DNA of 64,000 nucleotides from Fibrobacteria bacterium. Its GTDB lineage: Bacteria > Fibrobacterota > Chitinivibrionia > Chitinivibrionales > FEN-1185. This document shows, one piece after another, positions 10,390-20,273 of this stretch. The notes under the pieces are model-generated. The model was not told where the DNA came from, made no database searches, and was given only the letters and a program-made list of their open reading frames with translations. Location: positions 139,415 through 203,414 of the forward strand of contig JBBIGR010000004.1 in NCBI GenBank assembly GCA_037447435.1. Direction: 5' to 3'. A program made the translations under genes and the position numbers. Each line of letters begins with the position of its first letter. Within the stretch, counting starts at the first letter, position 1.

Positions 10390-12381
10390 TTATTCGGAAG
10401 GAACGGATTGTCCGGAAAAGAGTATCCCTTTTTTTGCATCATAGGTTATTGTGAATTCACGTATTGCGGATTTTAATGTCGATACGGAGTCGCCAATTCT
10501 AACGCATAAATCCGGAAACGCCTGCTTTCGAATCACTATTTTGCACAGTTGAGGAGTTTCGCTATATGTTTTTTTTATCAATTGCGGCAATTTAGCCATA
10601 AGCGATTCCTGTTGCGAAGCGATTTCCTTAAGCGACGACAATAACGTTTTCAATTGTTGTCTATTCGGCATTGTTTTAAGTTTTTCCAGCGCATCGGGTT
10701 GCTTTAAATCAACACCGATTTCTTTTTGGATACGAATGGCTTTTTTATTGAGTATCGCAACAGATTCCTTGGTAGTCTTTAATACTTCCAAGGCATCGGG
10801 ATCTACGCCGCAAAACAACCAGGTAACGTTTGCCGGAGAACCGACGGATTTTAAATCCATACCTTTCATGGACACGAGTTTACCGCCGATAACACATCCC
10901 TTTTCGTCGCTGTTGACACCGTCGCCTTTCACCGTTACCGTACCGTTGCACCATATTTTCGAATCGCTGACGAAACTTTTTACAGCCAGATTCCCCTCTA
11001 CATGCAAGCATCCGTTTTGAATAAAACGAATATCGGCATTCCCTTTAACGACAATGTCCGACGTTTCGCCGAAAAGACCGTGACCGACAGTAAGCCCTCG
11101 TCCGCATCTGATAATCGCACCGTTTTCAATGCTTCCCTTGACAACAAGGTCTTTGCCGCATTCCACTTTAAAACCCGAACGTATGTCACCGTCGACCAAA
11201 ATGGAATTGCTCGAATACAAATTTCCGGTTTCCGGCCCGACATTCCCTTTTATGTGAAGCGTCTCGGTCAGGGAAACGGTATGGTCGGAAAGTGACAGTA
11301 TCCCGGTTTTCTGTGCGACATATTTGGTTTTCCCGTTTTCATTCTCAACCGCAATATTGTCTCCAGCCGTAAAATCAACGTCCTTTACCGGTATCGGAGG
11401 AATCGGTCTGCCGAAAACGTCGACGCCGGGATTTCCACAAACCGCATTGATTTTTTCCGCGACAACAGTGCCGACCTCGATTTCAATAAAGGGCGATATT
11501 TCGTGCAAATCAATATGGCCGGTCTTGTCTTCGACGCCGCTTCGCTTTGCTTGTAAGAATACGGTGATCGTCGCATCGGTGCCGGATGTCGGCGGTAATC
11601 CGGCCGCGATTACGTATGTCATCATAGTGCCGGCGTTCAATTTGCCGGCAATCGCGGCTTCATCATGCGGGGCATCGACGTTTTTTACCGGCAGCGATGT
11701 CACGGCCGATGCGTAATCCTTTATCAGGAGTTCGGCGTTGTTCGACACCAGCGGAACAAACACAAAACATTTGCGCATGGAATCGGCGCTTGCGATTACG
11801 GGATCGCGTATGTCCAATCGATCGTCGGCATCGACGGTCACATACCCGTTTTTTGTTGCAATGTAGGAAACAGATACGGGTGTAGATTCGATATGGATAT
11901 TGTTTGTCGCGACAAAATGCTGCATCATCTTGGACCCGGCGCCGATTTCTTTTCCGTAAACATCAAGCGCTTTTCCGGAAATGCTTTCGCAGCATATTTT
12001 TTGTCCTTTCACCGCATAAAAGGCTTTTATACTCACGGGGGATTCGAAATTTTTATCGCAATCCTTCAATACGGTCCGAACCGACACGAGCGACGAAAGT
12101 ATTTTCCGTATATTGGCGTCCGAACCAGGCAGTGTTTCATCACCAAAAGTAATCAGGGGAACCGGAAGGAAGGCCTCTGCGGCAGGAACGTTGTTTTGTA
12201 TATCACCGGTCAACACGGCCCGTTTTAAGGCGTCTTGAATTTCGTTCCATTTGATTCCGCTGACAATCCCTTGTGCCTGAAGTTCGCGGCGTACATCCTC
12301 TTCCGTCACCATACCGGTCGCAATGGTAATTGTGGCATTTTTACCGTCGGGTGAAATCCAAAATCGGATATCGTCGGCCAT
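10390..12381 (-). CDS. FapA/DUF342 family protein
   Basis: GIVSGI, GNPGVDVFGRPI, GNVGPETGNL followed by beta-helix repeats (GDIRSGFKVECGKDLVVKG), GGKLVS and a coiled coil. Confidence 0.85.
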   Translation of the reverse strand: MADDIRFWISPDGKNATITIATGMVTEEDVRRELQAQGIVSGIKWNEIQDALKRAVLTGDIQNNVPAAEAFLPVPLITFGDETLPGSDANIRKILSSLVSVRTVLKDCDKNFESPVSIKAFYAVKGQKICCESISGKALDVYGKEIGAGSKMMQHFVATNNIHIESTPVSVSYIATKNGYVTVDADDRLDIRDPVIASADSMRKCFVFVPLVSNNAELLIKDYASAVTSLPVKNVDAPHDEAAIAGKLNAGTMMTYVIAAGLPPTSGTDATITVFLQAKRSGVEDKTGHIDLHEISPFIEIEVGTVVAEKINAVCGNPGVDVFGRPIPPIPVKDVDFTAGDNIAVENENGKTKYVAQKTGILSLSDHTVSLTETLHIKGNVGPETGNLYSSNSILVDGDIRSGFKVECGKDLVVKGSIENGAIIRCGRGLTVGHGLFGETSDIVVKGNADIRFIQNGCLHVEGNLAVKSFVSDSKIWCNGTVTVKGDGVNSDEKGCVIGGKLVSMKGMDLKSVGSPANVTWLFCGVDPDALEVLKTTKESVAILNKKAIRIQKEIGVDLKQPDALEKLKTMPNRQQLKTLLSSLKEIASQQESLMAKLPQLIKKTYSETPQLCKIVIRKQAFPDLCVRIGDSVSTLKSAIREFTITYDAKKGILFSGQSVPSE

Positions 12382-13292
12382 TATAATCCCTCGACAAGGC
12401 TGTCGATTTTTTGCGCAAGTCCCGGTGTCTGATGCATGTTATAAGCTTGGATAAGACAAAGGGTTGCTATGGATATATAGCTTCCCATAGAATCCGCAAA
12501 TCTAAAACCGCTGATGCTTCTGGTATCGGGAATCAGGATCGAACCGAGCACCGTTTCTCCCCGCGACAAGAGCAATACGGTCCCTTCGTCGCCGACTATT
12601 TCTTTTTTATCTACCATTGCTTTGGCGCCGAGCGACAATAATGCCTCAGACGGCCGTGCCCCGCAATCCGACGCGACGAGGTCAATAAACGGTACATTGA
12701 TGAAGACCGGCGAAACCTGTAACTGTTCGGCGATGGAAACGCAGATTTTTTCAACGATATGCGTATTTTCAACATCCTCGATGAGCATTTGCAATATTTC
12801 ATTTTTATTCTGCAATTGTATCGTCCGCTCACGGACCTTATCTTCCAGGAGCGCGTTTACTTCAGAGAGTTGTTTGTTTTTAACTTCCAACTTTTCCAAC
12901 AAGTCTCTTTTCACTTCTCTGTATTCGTACATTTCAAGCGCATTTTGGATCGACATCCGCAAATCCTCTTTTTGCCAGGGTTTGGCAATGTATCGCCATA
13001 CATGACGTTCGTTGATTGCTTGCATGATTTTTTCAATATCCGAATAAGCGGACAATACCATATACACGGAATTCGGGGAGATTTTTTGCGCTTCGGTCAA
13101 AAACGCTATTCCATCCATTTCGGGCATTCGCATGTCCGAAATAACCACGGCAGGTGCATGCAATTTCATTTTGCGCAACGCCTCTTCACCGCTCGATGCG
13201 GTTTCGATGAAAAAAGGTTCACGATGCAGTGTCCTTCGCAGCGAATCGAGCACCATGGGCTCGTCATCGACAAACAAAACAGAATATTTCAT
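12381..13292 (-). CDS. Response regulator (REC, coiled coil, unassigned C-terminal domain)
   Basis: VLFVDDE, SDMRMPEMDG, YIAKPW. Start at MKYSV, preceded by SD ggagg. Confidence 0.85.
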   Translation of the reverse strand: MKYSVLFVDDEPMVLDSLRRTLHREPFFIETASSGEEALRKMKLHAPAVVISDMRMPEMDGIAFLTEAQKISPNSVYMVLSAYSDIEKIMQAINERHVWRYIAKPWQKEDLRMSIQNALEMYEYREVKRDLLEKLEVKNKQLSEVNALLEDKVRERTIQLQNKNEILQMLIEDVENTHIVEKICVSIAEQLQVSPVFINVPFIDLVASDCGARPSEALLSLGAKAMVDKKEIVGDEGTVLLLSRGETVLGSILIPDTRSISGFRFADSMGSYISIATLCLIQAYNMHQTPGLAQKIDSLVEGL

Positions 13293-13320
13293 AGTAGCCT
13301 CCGGTAAAACTTTCCCGACA

Positions 13321-14511
13321 TTAATTTCGCTCGACATGTTCCTTCGACAATTCCACAGCAAGTCCGTCGATGTGCGCTTTTTCGGCTTTGATAATTTCGA
13401 AAACGCCTTCGCACAGCAGTGTCGATTCGACCCGTCCCACTATTTTCCAGGAATAATAATCCGCAATATGGACCAAGCAAAGTATTTCCATATTCGAAAC
13501 CGAGGGATTAAGCGGTTCATGATGATACATGCATGTTTCTATTATCGATTGCGGAAGATTCCACCAATCAAGCAAATACGCACCCATTGCCATATGCGTA
13601 ACACCCAGTATTCGGGTTTCAGCTTGCTCAATGCTGCATTGCCCGGATTTGATTCGTTTCTGAATCTCCTTGTATTTATCCGGGAAATTCCGTATGACCA
13701 ACAATGTCCCCGTATCATGAAGGAGTCCGCAACACGCGTACTCGTCCGGAACGGCCGCATTATGAATGTTGCGGTACAATCCGTGGAAAATTCTGTTTGC
13801 TATACGCGAATGTTCCCATAACTGTTCCACATCCTGCTGGTTTGGACCAATTGCCGCAAACGATCTGAAAAGCTCGGTGCCGAATATCAAATTCTTTATG
13901 GTTTCCAAGCCCAAATAAACGAGGGCCTGGGTAATCGCCCCGATTTTAATGCCGTACATCGACGAATTTGCAATATGCAATATCTTGACCGCGTATTCCG
14001 GGTCATTGGAAATGAACTGGGCGATTTCTTCCATAGACTTGTTTTGGTTTATTAAGGTGCACAAATCCTGATACATGACGGGAATGACGGGAATGGTCTC
14101 CAAGCCATCGATAATTGCGGCGACGGTATTGGTATGTATGGAATCGTACATCATGAACAATCTATCCAAATGCGACTTTAACATATCGTTTGAAATCGGC
14201 TTGGTCAGATACGATCGTGCGGTCCCGTTTGCTACCGCTTTTATTATGGTGTTTCTGTCGGAATCGCCGCTTAAAATGATCCGGATGATATGCGGATACG
14301 TTTGTTTTACATACGATAACAACTCGAACCCGCTCATTTCGGGCATTCTCATATCCGAAATAATGAGGTCGAAATGCTGTTGTGCCAAGATGGTTTTAGC
14401 TTCGGCACCGCTCATGGCAATAGAGGCCGTGTAATTGCAATTTCGCAAAACCCGTCCCAAATAGCGCGTTATGCCCTCTTCGTCGTCCACCACAAGAATT
14501 CGCTTGCTCAT
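13321..14511 (-). CDS. REC-HDOD response regulator
   Basis: ILVVDDE, SDMRMP; HDOD motifs DPEYAVKILHIANS, LWEHS, GLLHDTG, WWNLP, MYHHEP. Confidence 0.9.
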   Translation of the reverse strand: MSKRILVVDDEEGITRYLGRVLRNCNYTASIAMSGAEAKTILAQQHFDLIISDMRMPEMSGFELLSYVKQTYPHIIRIILSGDSDRNTIIKAVANGTARSYLTKPISNDMLKSHLDRLFMMYDSIHTNTVAAIIDGLETIPVIPVMYQDLCTLINQNKSMEEIAQFISNDPEYAVKILHIANSSMYGIKIGAITQALVYLGLETIKNLIFGTELFRSFAAIGPNQQDVEQLWEHSRIANRIFHGLYRNIHNAAVPDEYACCGLLHDTGTLLVIRNFPDKYKEIQKRIKSGQCSIEQAETRILGVTHMAMGAYLLDWWNLPQSIIETCMYHHEPLNPSVSNMEILCLVHIADYYSWKIVGRVESTLLCEGVFEIIKAEKAHIDGLAVELSKEHVERN

Positions 14512-16221
14512 CTATTGCCTCCGCTTAGGAAGTTTAATGGTAAAACAAGTGCCCTTGCCAAGCTCGGTGTCGACCCCTATTTCACCCTTATGACGATTCA
14601 CAATAATATCCCAGGCAATGTTCAACCCCAGCCCCGTGCCTTTTCCAACCGGTTTTGTCGTAAAAAAGGGTTCAAATATCTTTTTTACATTTTCTTCCTT
14701 AATTCCCGGCCCGTCATCCGCAATGGAGCAATATACCGAATCGTCATCTTCCAGGGTGGCGACCGTGATAAGGCCTTTACTCGCCCGGTGCTGCTCAGCG
14801 ATCGCTTGGGCGGCATTGACGATAATATTCAGAAAAACCTGGTTCATTTCTCCAATATTGCAATAGACGGGGGAAACATGCGAAAAGTCGGTCTTAATAT
14901 CAGCATAATATTTGATTTCGTTTTTTGCAACCATAAGCGTGCTTTTGAGATGCTCTTCGATATCGGCCTCTACCTGATCGTTTTTCTGCCCCACCCTCGC
15001 AAAGTCCTTTAAATTCGCAACGATATCGACGACACGCCTAAGCCCGCCGATATTATCTTTGAGCAACCCGCCGACATCGCCGAGAATATATTCGATATCC
15101 AATCGTTTTTTTATATCGTCAATTTGATCCGGCGTCAATTTGCTTTCATAAAATCCGATCAATTCCTTGATCGATTCAAAATATTCGGCCAACGTCTCCG
15201 AATTGCCGAGGACGTAACCGACAGGATTGTTTATTTCATGGGCAACGCCGGCGGCCAGTTGGCCGATACCTGCAAGTTTTTCGGACTGTATCAATTGAAG
15301 ATGCGCGCTTTTAACTTCCTGCTCGGCCTGTTCGCGTACCATGATTTCATACTGCATCTGCACGTTTACTTTACCGAGTTCCTCAGCGCGTTCCTCAATT
15401 TCCTGCTGGGACTTTGCCAATTTTTCCGTCATCTCGTTAAACCCTTTGGCAAGTTCGCCGATTTCATCATTCGATGAAACCGCCACCTTCTGATCAAGTT
15501 TCCCCTCGGCAATTTCGTAGACATGATTGGTAAGCGACTTGAGCGGCTTCACAATAGTTTGCAACAAATAAATTCCGAAAAACAGAAGAATGGCCGAAAC
15601 GGTCAGGATTACGATAACCGCCAATCGCAGGGAATGATGGGCAATATCGGCGGTTTCCTTGGCAGCCATCCGGATCGTATATACCGACGATTCGAAAGCT
15701 TTATCGTATTGCATGCCCCTGCCCGAAAAATATTGACGAAGCGAAAACTGATATTTTGCCTTTTCATCGGCATAGAGTTTGCCGTCCAATATTGAAATTG
15801 CCTTTTGCGATTCTCCGTTTTTAACGCAATCAATGGACTGATGCTCAAGTTTGCATAACAGGTCGTTGCTGTTTTTTAATATCACAAAAAACGGTTTGAT
15901 TTCTATTGTGCTTTCGTCAACCCCCTGGGCGATGGCATCATCGAGTTCCGCTTCATGTTCATAATACTGCTGCACCCATGCCTTATTTCCGGTAAAGGCG
16001 TAATTTCGTGCACATTGAGTCAGAATTTCGTCGTTTAACCGGATAAGGCTTGCTAATCCGTCAATACGGAGCATTTTGCTCACAGTATCGATGCTTTGCG
16101 GTATATCGTTTTCTATAGGATCGGATATTTTTTTAATGAGCCCGACGAAAAAAAACGTCATGCCAAGGACATTCACCAATGCCGCAAAAAAAACGATAAT
16201 GAATTTTGTACGGATTTTCAT
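14512..16221 (-). CDS. HAMP-domain sensor histidine kinase (NtrB-like transmitter)
   Basis: Two TMs around a helical periplasmic domain, HAMP (DEIGELAKGFNEM), AGVAHEINNP, NAAQA, DDGPGI, FEPFFTTK, GTGLGL. Confidence 0.93.
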   Translation of the reverse strand: MKIRTKFIIVFFAALVNVLGMTFFFVGLIKKISDPIENDIPQSIDTVSKMLRIDGLASLIRLNDEILTQCARNYAFTGNKAWVQQYYEHEAELDDAIAQGVDESTIEIKPFFVILKNSNDLLCKLEHQSIDCVKNGESQKAISILDGKLYADEKAKYQFSLRQYFSGRGMQYDKAFESSVYTIRMAAKETADIAHHSLRLAVIVILTVSAILLFFGIYLLQTIVKPLKSLTNHVYEIAEGKLDQKVAVSSNDEIGELAKGFNEMTEKLAKSQQEIEERAEELGKVNVQMQYEIMVREQAEQEVKSAHLQLIQSEKLAGIGQLAAGVAHEINNPVGYVLGNSETLAEYFESIKELIGFYESKLTPDQIDDIKKRLDIEYILGDVGGLLKDNIGGLRRVVDIVANLKDFARVGQKNDQVEADIEEHLKSTLMVAKNEIKYYADIKTDFSHVSPVYCNIGEMNQVFLNIIVNAAQAIAEQHRASKGLITVATLEDDDSVYCSIADDGPGIKEENVKKIFEPFFTTKPVGKGTGLGLNIAWDIIVNRHKGEIGVDTELGKGTCFTIKLPKRRQ

Positions 16222-16271
16222 ACGATTCCCATGTTCACTCTCATCGGTGCCGACACGTTTAAATAATTCGT

Positions 16272-17270
16272 TTACCTGATTATTTCTTTGGCTTGACCAA
16301 TAATATCGTCCGGTACAGGAACATTGAGTCGTGATGCGGTTTGAAGATTGACAATGATATAATCGTCGCGCGGACTTTCGGTTTGAAGCCAGGTCGGGTC
16401 TGCGCCGGAAAGTATCATTGCCGCTTTTTCACCGGAGATCTTGCCGAGCGAATAAAAATCCGCCACATTGCCCACTAAGGCGCCTTTTTGCACGCCGGCC
16501 TTATTACATGAAAAGGAAGGCATTGCATTTCTCCGGCAAAAGGCGATTATGATTTCTTCCCCGCCCGATTGAATTAACGTATCGCAGGCGGCATAGATCG
16601 CATCAACCTTATTTTTAATTTTACCGAGTTGTTGCGTGAGGTCGGCAGTATCCGACGCCGCGATTTCAATAATATTTATATTTCGACCTTTTAAAAGTTT
16701 TTTAAATTCTTCGAATTGAATAGCGGAATTCGGTTCACCCTTGCGATGGACAAAGGCTATAGATTTTACATTCGGATAAATGCGTTCAAACGCATAAAAT
16801 TGACGAGAAGGCGGAACGTAATTTCTGGTGCCGACGCAATTACACCCGGAGTTGGAAATCGAGGCAATAACCCCGGTTTCGACGGGGTAAGTGACAATGG
16901 AAAAAACTATGGGAATTTTTGTCACGATCTTTTTGGCAACCAAGGTGCCGGGAGTCGTTAGAGAGTATATCAAATCAACTTTTTGGTCCTTGAATTGTTT
17001 TATTACGGTTTCCTGCCTAAGCTTGTCGGCATTGCTGATCTGAATGATATATTTGACGTTATCGAATTCTTTATAGCCTCGAGCAGCCATTTCGTCCTTG
17101 AATCCGGACACATTTCTGGAATATTCATTGCTTTGAACCCATTGCGCAATGCCAATTGTATATTTTTTTTTCGAATGCCCGCACTGGCTTATTCCCGCAA
17201 CAATGACGATTAAAATGACGGCAACAAATGCCAAGCCGGCTTTTTGCATTATTCTTTTGCATGCATCCAT
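16272..17270 (-). CDS. ABC-type substrate-binding protein (ABC_sub_bind-like), with no permease or ATPase nearby
   Basis: N-terminal anchor or lipobox, IPIVFSIVTYPV, EPNSAIQ, GALVG...YSLG, NLQTASRL. Confidence 0.8.
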   Translation of the reverse strand: MDACKRIMQKAGLAFVAVILIVIVAGISQCGHSKKKYTIGIAQWVQSNEYSRNVSGFKDEMAARGYKEFDNVKYIIQISNADKLRQETVIKQFKDQKVDLIYSLTTPGTLVAKKIVTKIPIVFSIVTYPVETGVIASISNSGCNCVGTRNYVPPSRQFYAFERIYPNVKSIAFVHRKGEPNSAIQFEEFKKLLKGRNINIIEIAASDTADLTQQLGKIKNKVDAIYAACDTLIQSGGEEIIIAFCRRNAMPSFSCNKAGVQKGALVGNVADFYSLGKISGEKAAMILSGADPTWLQTESPRDDYIIVNLQTASRLNVPVPDDIIGQAKEIIR

Positions 17271-17290
17271 AACAGCATCCTTTGCGTCGC

Positions 17291-17860
17291 CTATTCGCCT
17301 ATCAATGTATGAACATGTGCAAGAAATTCATCTTGCGAAACACCTTTCATACACGCGTCGTCGGCACCGATTTTCATTGCATCGTCTATTTCCGATTTTC
17401 CAAGGGCCGATAATAAAAGAATTTTTGTATCGGTAAAATCGGGATTTTCACGTATAAACCTGACAACGTCTTTTCCGCTCATTGCCGGCATATTCAAATC
17501 CAACGTCACCAAGTCGGGTTTGAAACTTCCAAGTATTGCTCCTGCGGAAAACCCATCGGATGCGATTTTCGTTTCATACCCTTTCATTCGAAAAGTCCTT
17601 TGAATTGATTTTGCGAATTCGATTTCGTCGTCAACGATTAATACCCGTTTTTTACCCGGTTTTAATTCTTGCGGGATTGGGAGATTATTTGATTTTAAAA
17701 ACAATAGAAAATCATTTAGTTCTATTCTGTTATCGCCTCTGGCTCCCGGTAGTTTAAACGCCTTAAGTTCTCCCCGCTCTATCCATCGTAAAACGGTTTT
17801 CAGCGTTACGCCGCAAAATTTGGCGATTTCCCCGGTAGTAAGATTTTTTTTATTGTCCAT
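17291..17860 (-). CDS. Response regulator with an N-terminal excisionase/MerR-type HTH (HTH_17)
   Basis: LTTGEIAKFCGVTLKTVLRWIERGELKAFKLPG followed by REC (VLIVDDE, LDLNMP). Confidence 0.88.
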   Translation of the reverse strand: MDNKKNLTTGEIAKFCGVTLKTVLRWIERGELKAFKLPGARGDNRIELNDFLLFLKSNNLPIPQELKPGKKRVLIVDDEIEFAKSIQRTFRMKGYETKIASDGFSAGAILGSFKPDLVTLDLNMPAMSGKDVVRFIRENPDFTDTKILLLSALGKSEIDDAMKIGADDACMKGVSQDEFLAHVHTLIGE

Positions 17861-17906
17861 TTTAACACCTTGATTTGCAACAAGTCACAATGTGAATAAT
17901 GCGTAC

Positions 17907-17933
17907 TTCGTGACTTTCATGACTTTCGTGACT
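17907..17933. repeat. Three tandem 9-bp direct repeats (TTCRTGACT) upstream of the HTH-REC gene
   Basis: ttcgtgact ttcatgact ttcgtgact. Inverted AGTCAC cores occur at 17883 and 17992. Confidence 0.8.
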
Positions 17934-18153
17934 AACATAATTGTATCCATTATCCTATAAAAAGTCAAGGGTTTTCCATTCAGAACCAAGAAGTCACACC
18001 ACCTCAAACCGATTCAGCCGTTATCGTGGCTTTGCAATGAATTGAAAGAAAGGGATGGCTATTGATTATTTTACCCATTCCCCAAAAGGTAAAAGGCATT
18101 TTTACTGCCGTAGCTTTCATATCATTGTCCATAGCAAAGGTATTCTATCGAAG

Positions 18154-18591
18154 ATGGCAAAAATTACCACAAAAAAAAAGCATGATTGTCCTCAGTGCAA
18201 ATCGCAATGCTGCAAAAGCGTGACCATAGAAATCGACACGCCCCGCAGCAAAAAGGATTTTGACGAAATCAAATGGTTTGTCCTGCATGAAAATGTCATC
18301 GTGTACATCGATTTCGACAGAAAATGGAATCTCGAATTTATTTCTCCATGCAAGTCACTTGACAAAAACGGCTTATGCACCATATACAAAGACCGGCCGA
18401 TCATTTGTCGCTTATATCCCAAAGACGACGAATCTTGTGTGTTCGAAGATAATCCGTGCAAGAAAATATTTACAAAAGTGGAAGAGGTAACCGCCTATTT
18501 CGATAAAAAAGTGGAGCGCCGAAGAAAAAAAAGGGCGGCAAAAAAAGAAAATGCAAAACCGGGGGTTTTACATAAGCATGCGAAAAAATAA
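18154..18591 (+). CDS. YkgJ/FliB-like cysteine cluster protein (CxxCxxCC family)
   Basis: CPQCKSQCC, CKSLDKNGLCTIYKDRPIICRLYP, and a basic C-terminal tail. Start is uncertain (ORF opens at 18055). Confidence 0.8.
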   Translation: MAKITTKKKHDCPQCKSQCCKSVTIEIDTPRSKKDFDEIKWFVLHENVIVYIDFDRKWNLEFISPCKSLDKNGLCTIYKDRPIICRLYPKDDESCVFEDNPCKKIFTKVEEVTAYFDKKVERRRKKRAAKKENAKPGVLHKHAKK

Positions 18592-18611
18592 TCTCACCGA
18601 TTACGGTGCAA

Positions 18612-20273
18612 TTATTTGATTAAAACATTATTCTGCTTTTGGTTCATATAGCAGAGTTTTATCCATGCTTTGCTTCTGGCAATACTGCTTATGCAGAGTT
18701 CGTCGATAGCGCCGCGAAAATAGCAAAATCCTTCATTCGCACTTGCGGTTATCGATTGAATATACCTGCCGACTGTCACATCGTTGCCTACCTCGCGCGG
18801 AAGTACGCCGTTCATTACCGTAACACCGGAATCGGCAAGCGTTCCGTCGACATACAGATATTGCTTATCGTTGCTTCGAACGCCAACGACATAATGCCAG
18901 TCTCCGTTCGAAGCAGGAGCTTGAGAGAACTCCCAAATCTGTGATGAATTGTATTGAGCGAATTGCCAAAACGGAGTCTTTAAAAGCGAATCATATTTGA
19001 CCTTGAGGAAATACTGTTCATTTCCTTTCGACATGACCACATGGTTTGTCGTATCAAGCGAATCGATTCGTACCCAGGCTGAAACCGAATAATTTCCGTT
19101 TTGAGGAAAATTTAATGTGCTGGATGCAGATCCGTGCATCTGGAAATAACTGGAAATCCCGTCGTAGATCCTGCATTTACCAATAATACCTTGTTGTGAA
19201 TTGGCAGTAGCCATACCATAGCAAGTTCCCGAATGATTATTGATTGTCGCGTCGATACAAGGAGCGTCGCCGGCTTCCTCAAAATGCCATACGCCCTGAA
19301 ATCCGGTTGCGGTATCGAATACCTTTTCCGAGGAATTTTCACCCGGAACGGCACTGTTTCCCCAGAGCATTCTCAGCACTTGCGAATTACTGTTCCCCAG
19401 GATTGTGTCGAGCCGTACCCAAATCTGGGCTTGTTGCTTTTGAACGTCCCACTGGTCGATGGCGTAAGCGAGCCGACGATTTCCGCGGACAAAAACAATA
19501 TCGGAGCCGCTTGCGCTTGCGGTAGTAAAATCAAAATCCGGGGCAGTCAACCTGATAAGCAACGGAAAATCAAGCACCGCTTCGCCGACATCTGCTCCGG
19601 CTGGCGTCGTATTAAGGGTAAACATCTTGCTGTATGTAAAAACGGCGATATCGGACAATACGGTCGTATCGCCCGAAATGATTTCAAAGCTGTCGATCAA
19701 ACTAGACACGGATGCAAGCGAATCCGTTGCAAAACTCAAGGCGAATTTTCCCGTAGGCAAATCGTTGAAAATGAAACTGCCGCTATCGACCAGGGCAATA
19801 CGCTCAAGGCCTTTTATTTGAGCAAACAGCAAAGTCTTGGAAGTTCCGGGAACAATCCCCCGCAAAACGCCCGATTTCCGGATAGTGCAGGCCCCCAAAG
19901 GAATCGTATCGTTTTCATTCTTCACAACGACCGGCAATGCCGAAACATTTCCGCGATTATCGTTTACTTCAATAAAATAGCTGCCGGTGTCCAATGTTGT
20001 TATATGGAAATAGCCGTTATTGTCCGTGAGCGAGTCAAGCCTTCGCACTGCGGTTTTTTCGGCATTTTTTGGAGGCATAGCGACATAATCCTGACGCCTG
20101 ATTCGTACCGTTGCGCCGCCACAGGCCGAACTGTCGGAATAAACAATTCGAGCGGTAATCCCGTTGGTTGTTTCCGAGGCACCGCCGTCGGCAATCCTTG
20201 ACTTTGAACAAAAACAAAAAATGCTTACGCAACCAAGAATTGCCGATCCAAACAATCGAATCAGAGGTTTCAT
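18612..20273 (-). CDS. Lipoprotein with carboxypeptidase-regulatory-like, DUF2341 and LamG domains
   Basis: Signal ending at a Cys, then GGASETTNG. DFPLLIRL...DIVF...IDQWD...IWVRL (DUF2341), GVWHF, WHYVVGV, GAIDEL (LamG). Confidence 0.8.
   Translation of the reverse strand: MKPLIRLFGSAILGCVSIFCFCSKSRIADGGASETTNGITARIVYSDSSACGGATVRIRRQDYVAMPPKNAEKTAVRRLDSLTDNNGYFHITTLDTGSYFIEVNDNRGNVSALPVVVKNENDTIPLGACTIRKSGVLRGIVPGTSKTLLFAQIKGLERIALVDSGSFIFNDLPTGKFALSFATDSLASVSSLIDSFEIISGDTTVLSDIAVFTYSKMFTLNTTPAGADVGEAVLDFPLLIRLTAPDFDFTTASASGSDIVFVRGNRRLAYAIDQWDVQKQQAQIWVRLDTILGNSNSQVLRMLWGNSAVPGENSSEKVFDTATGFQGVWHFEEAGDAPCIDATINNHSGTCYGMATANSQQGIIGKCRIYDGISSYFQMHGSASSTLNFPQNGNYSVSAWVRIDSLDTTNHVVMSKGNEQYFLKVKYDSLLKTPFWQFAQYNSSQIWEFSQAPASNGDWHYVVGVRSNDKQYLYVDGTLADSGVTVMNGVLPREVGNDVTVGRYIQSITASANEGFCYFRGAIDELCISSIARSKAWIKLCYMNQKQNNVLIK

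Noticed and set aside
19233..20201. 322-aa plus-strand ORF
   Set aside because: Fully antisense to the well-supported DUF2341/LamG lipoprotein gene and has no motifs. It is a shadow ORF.
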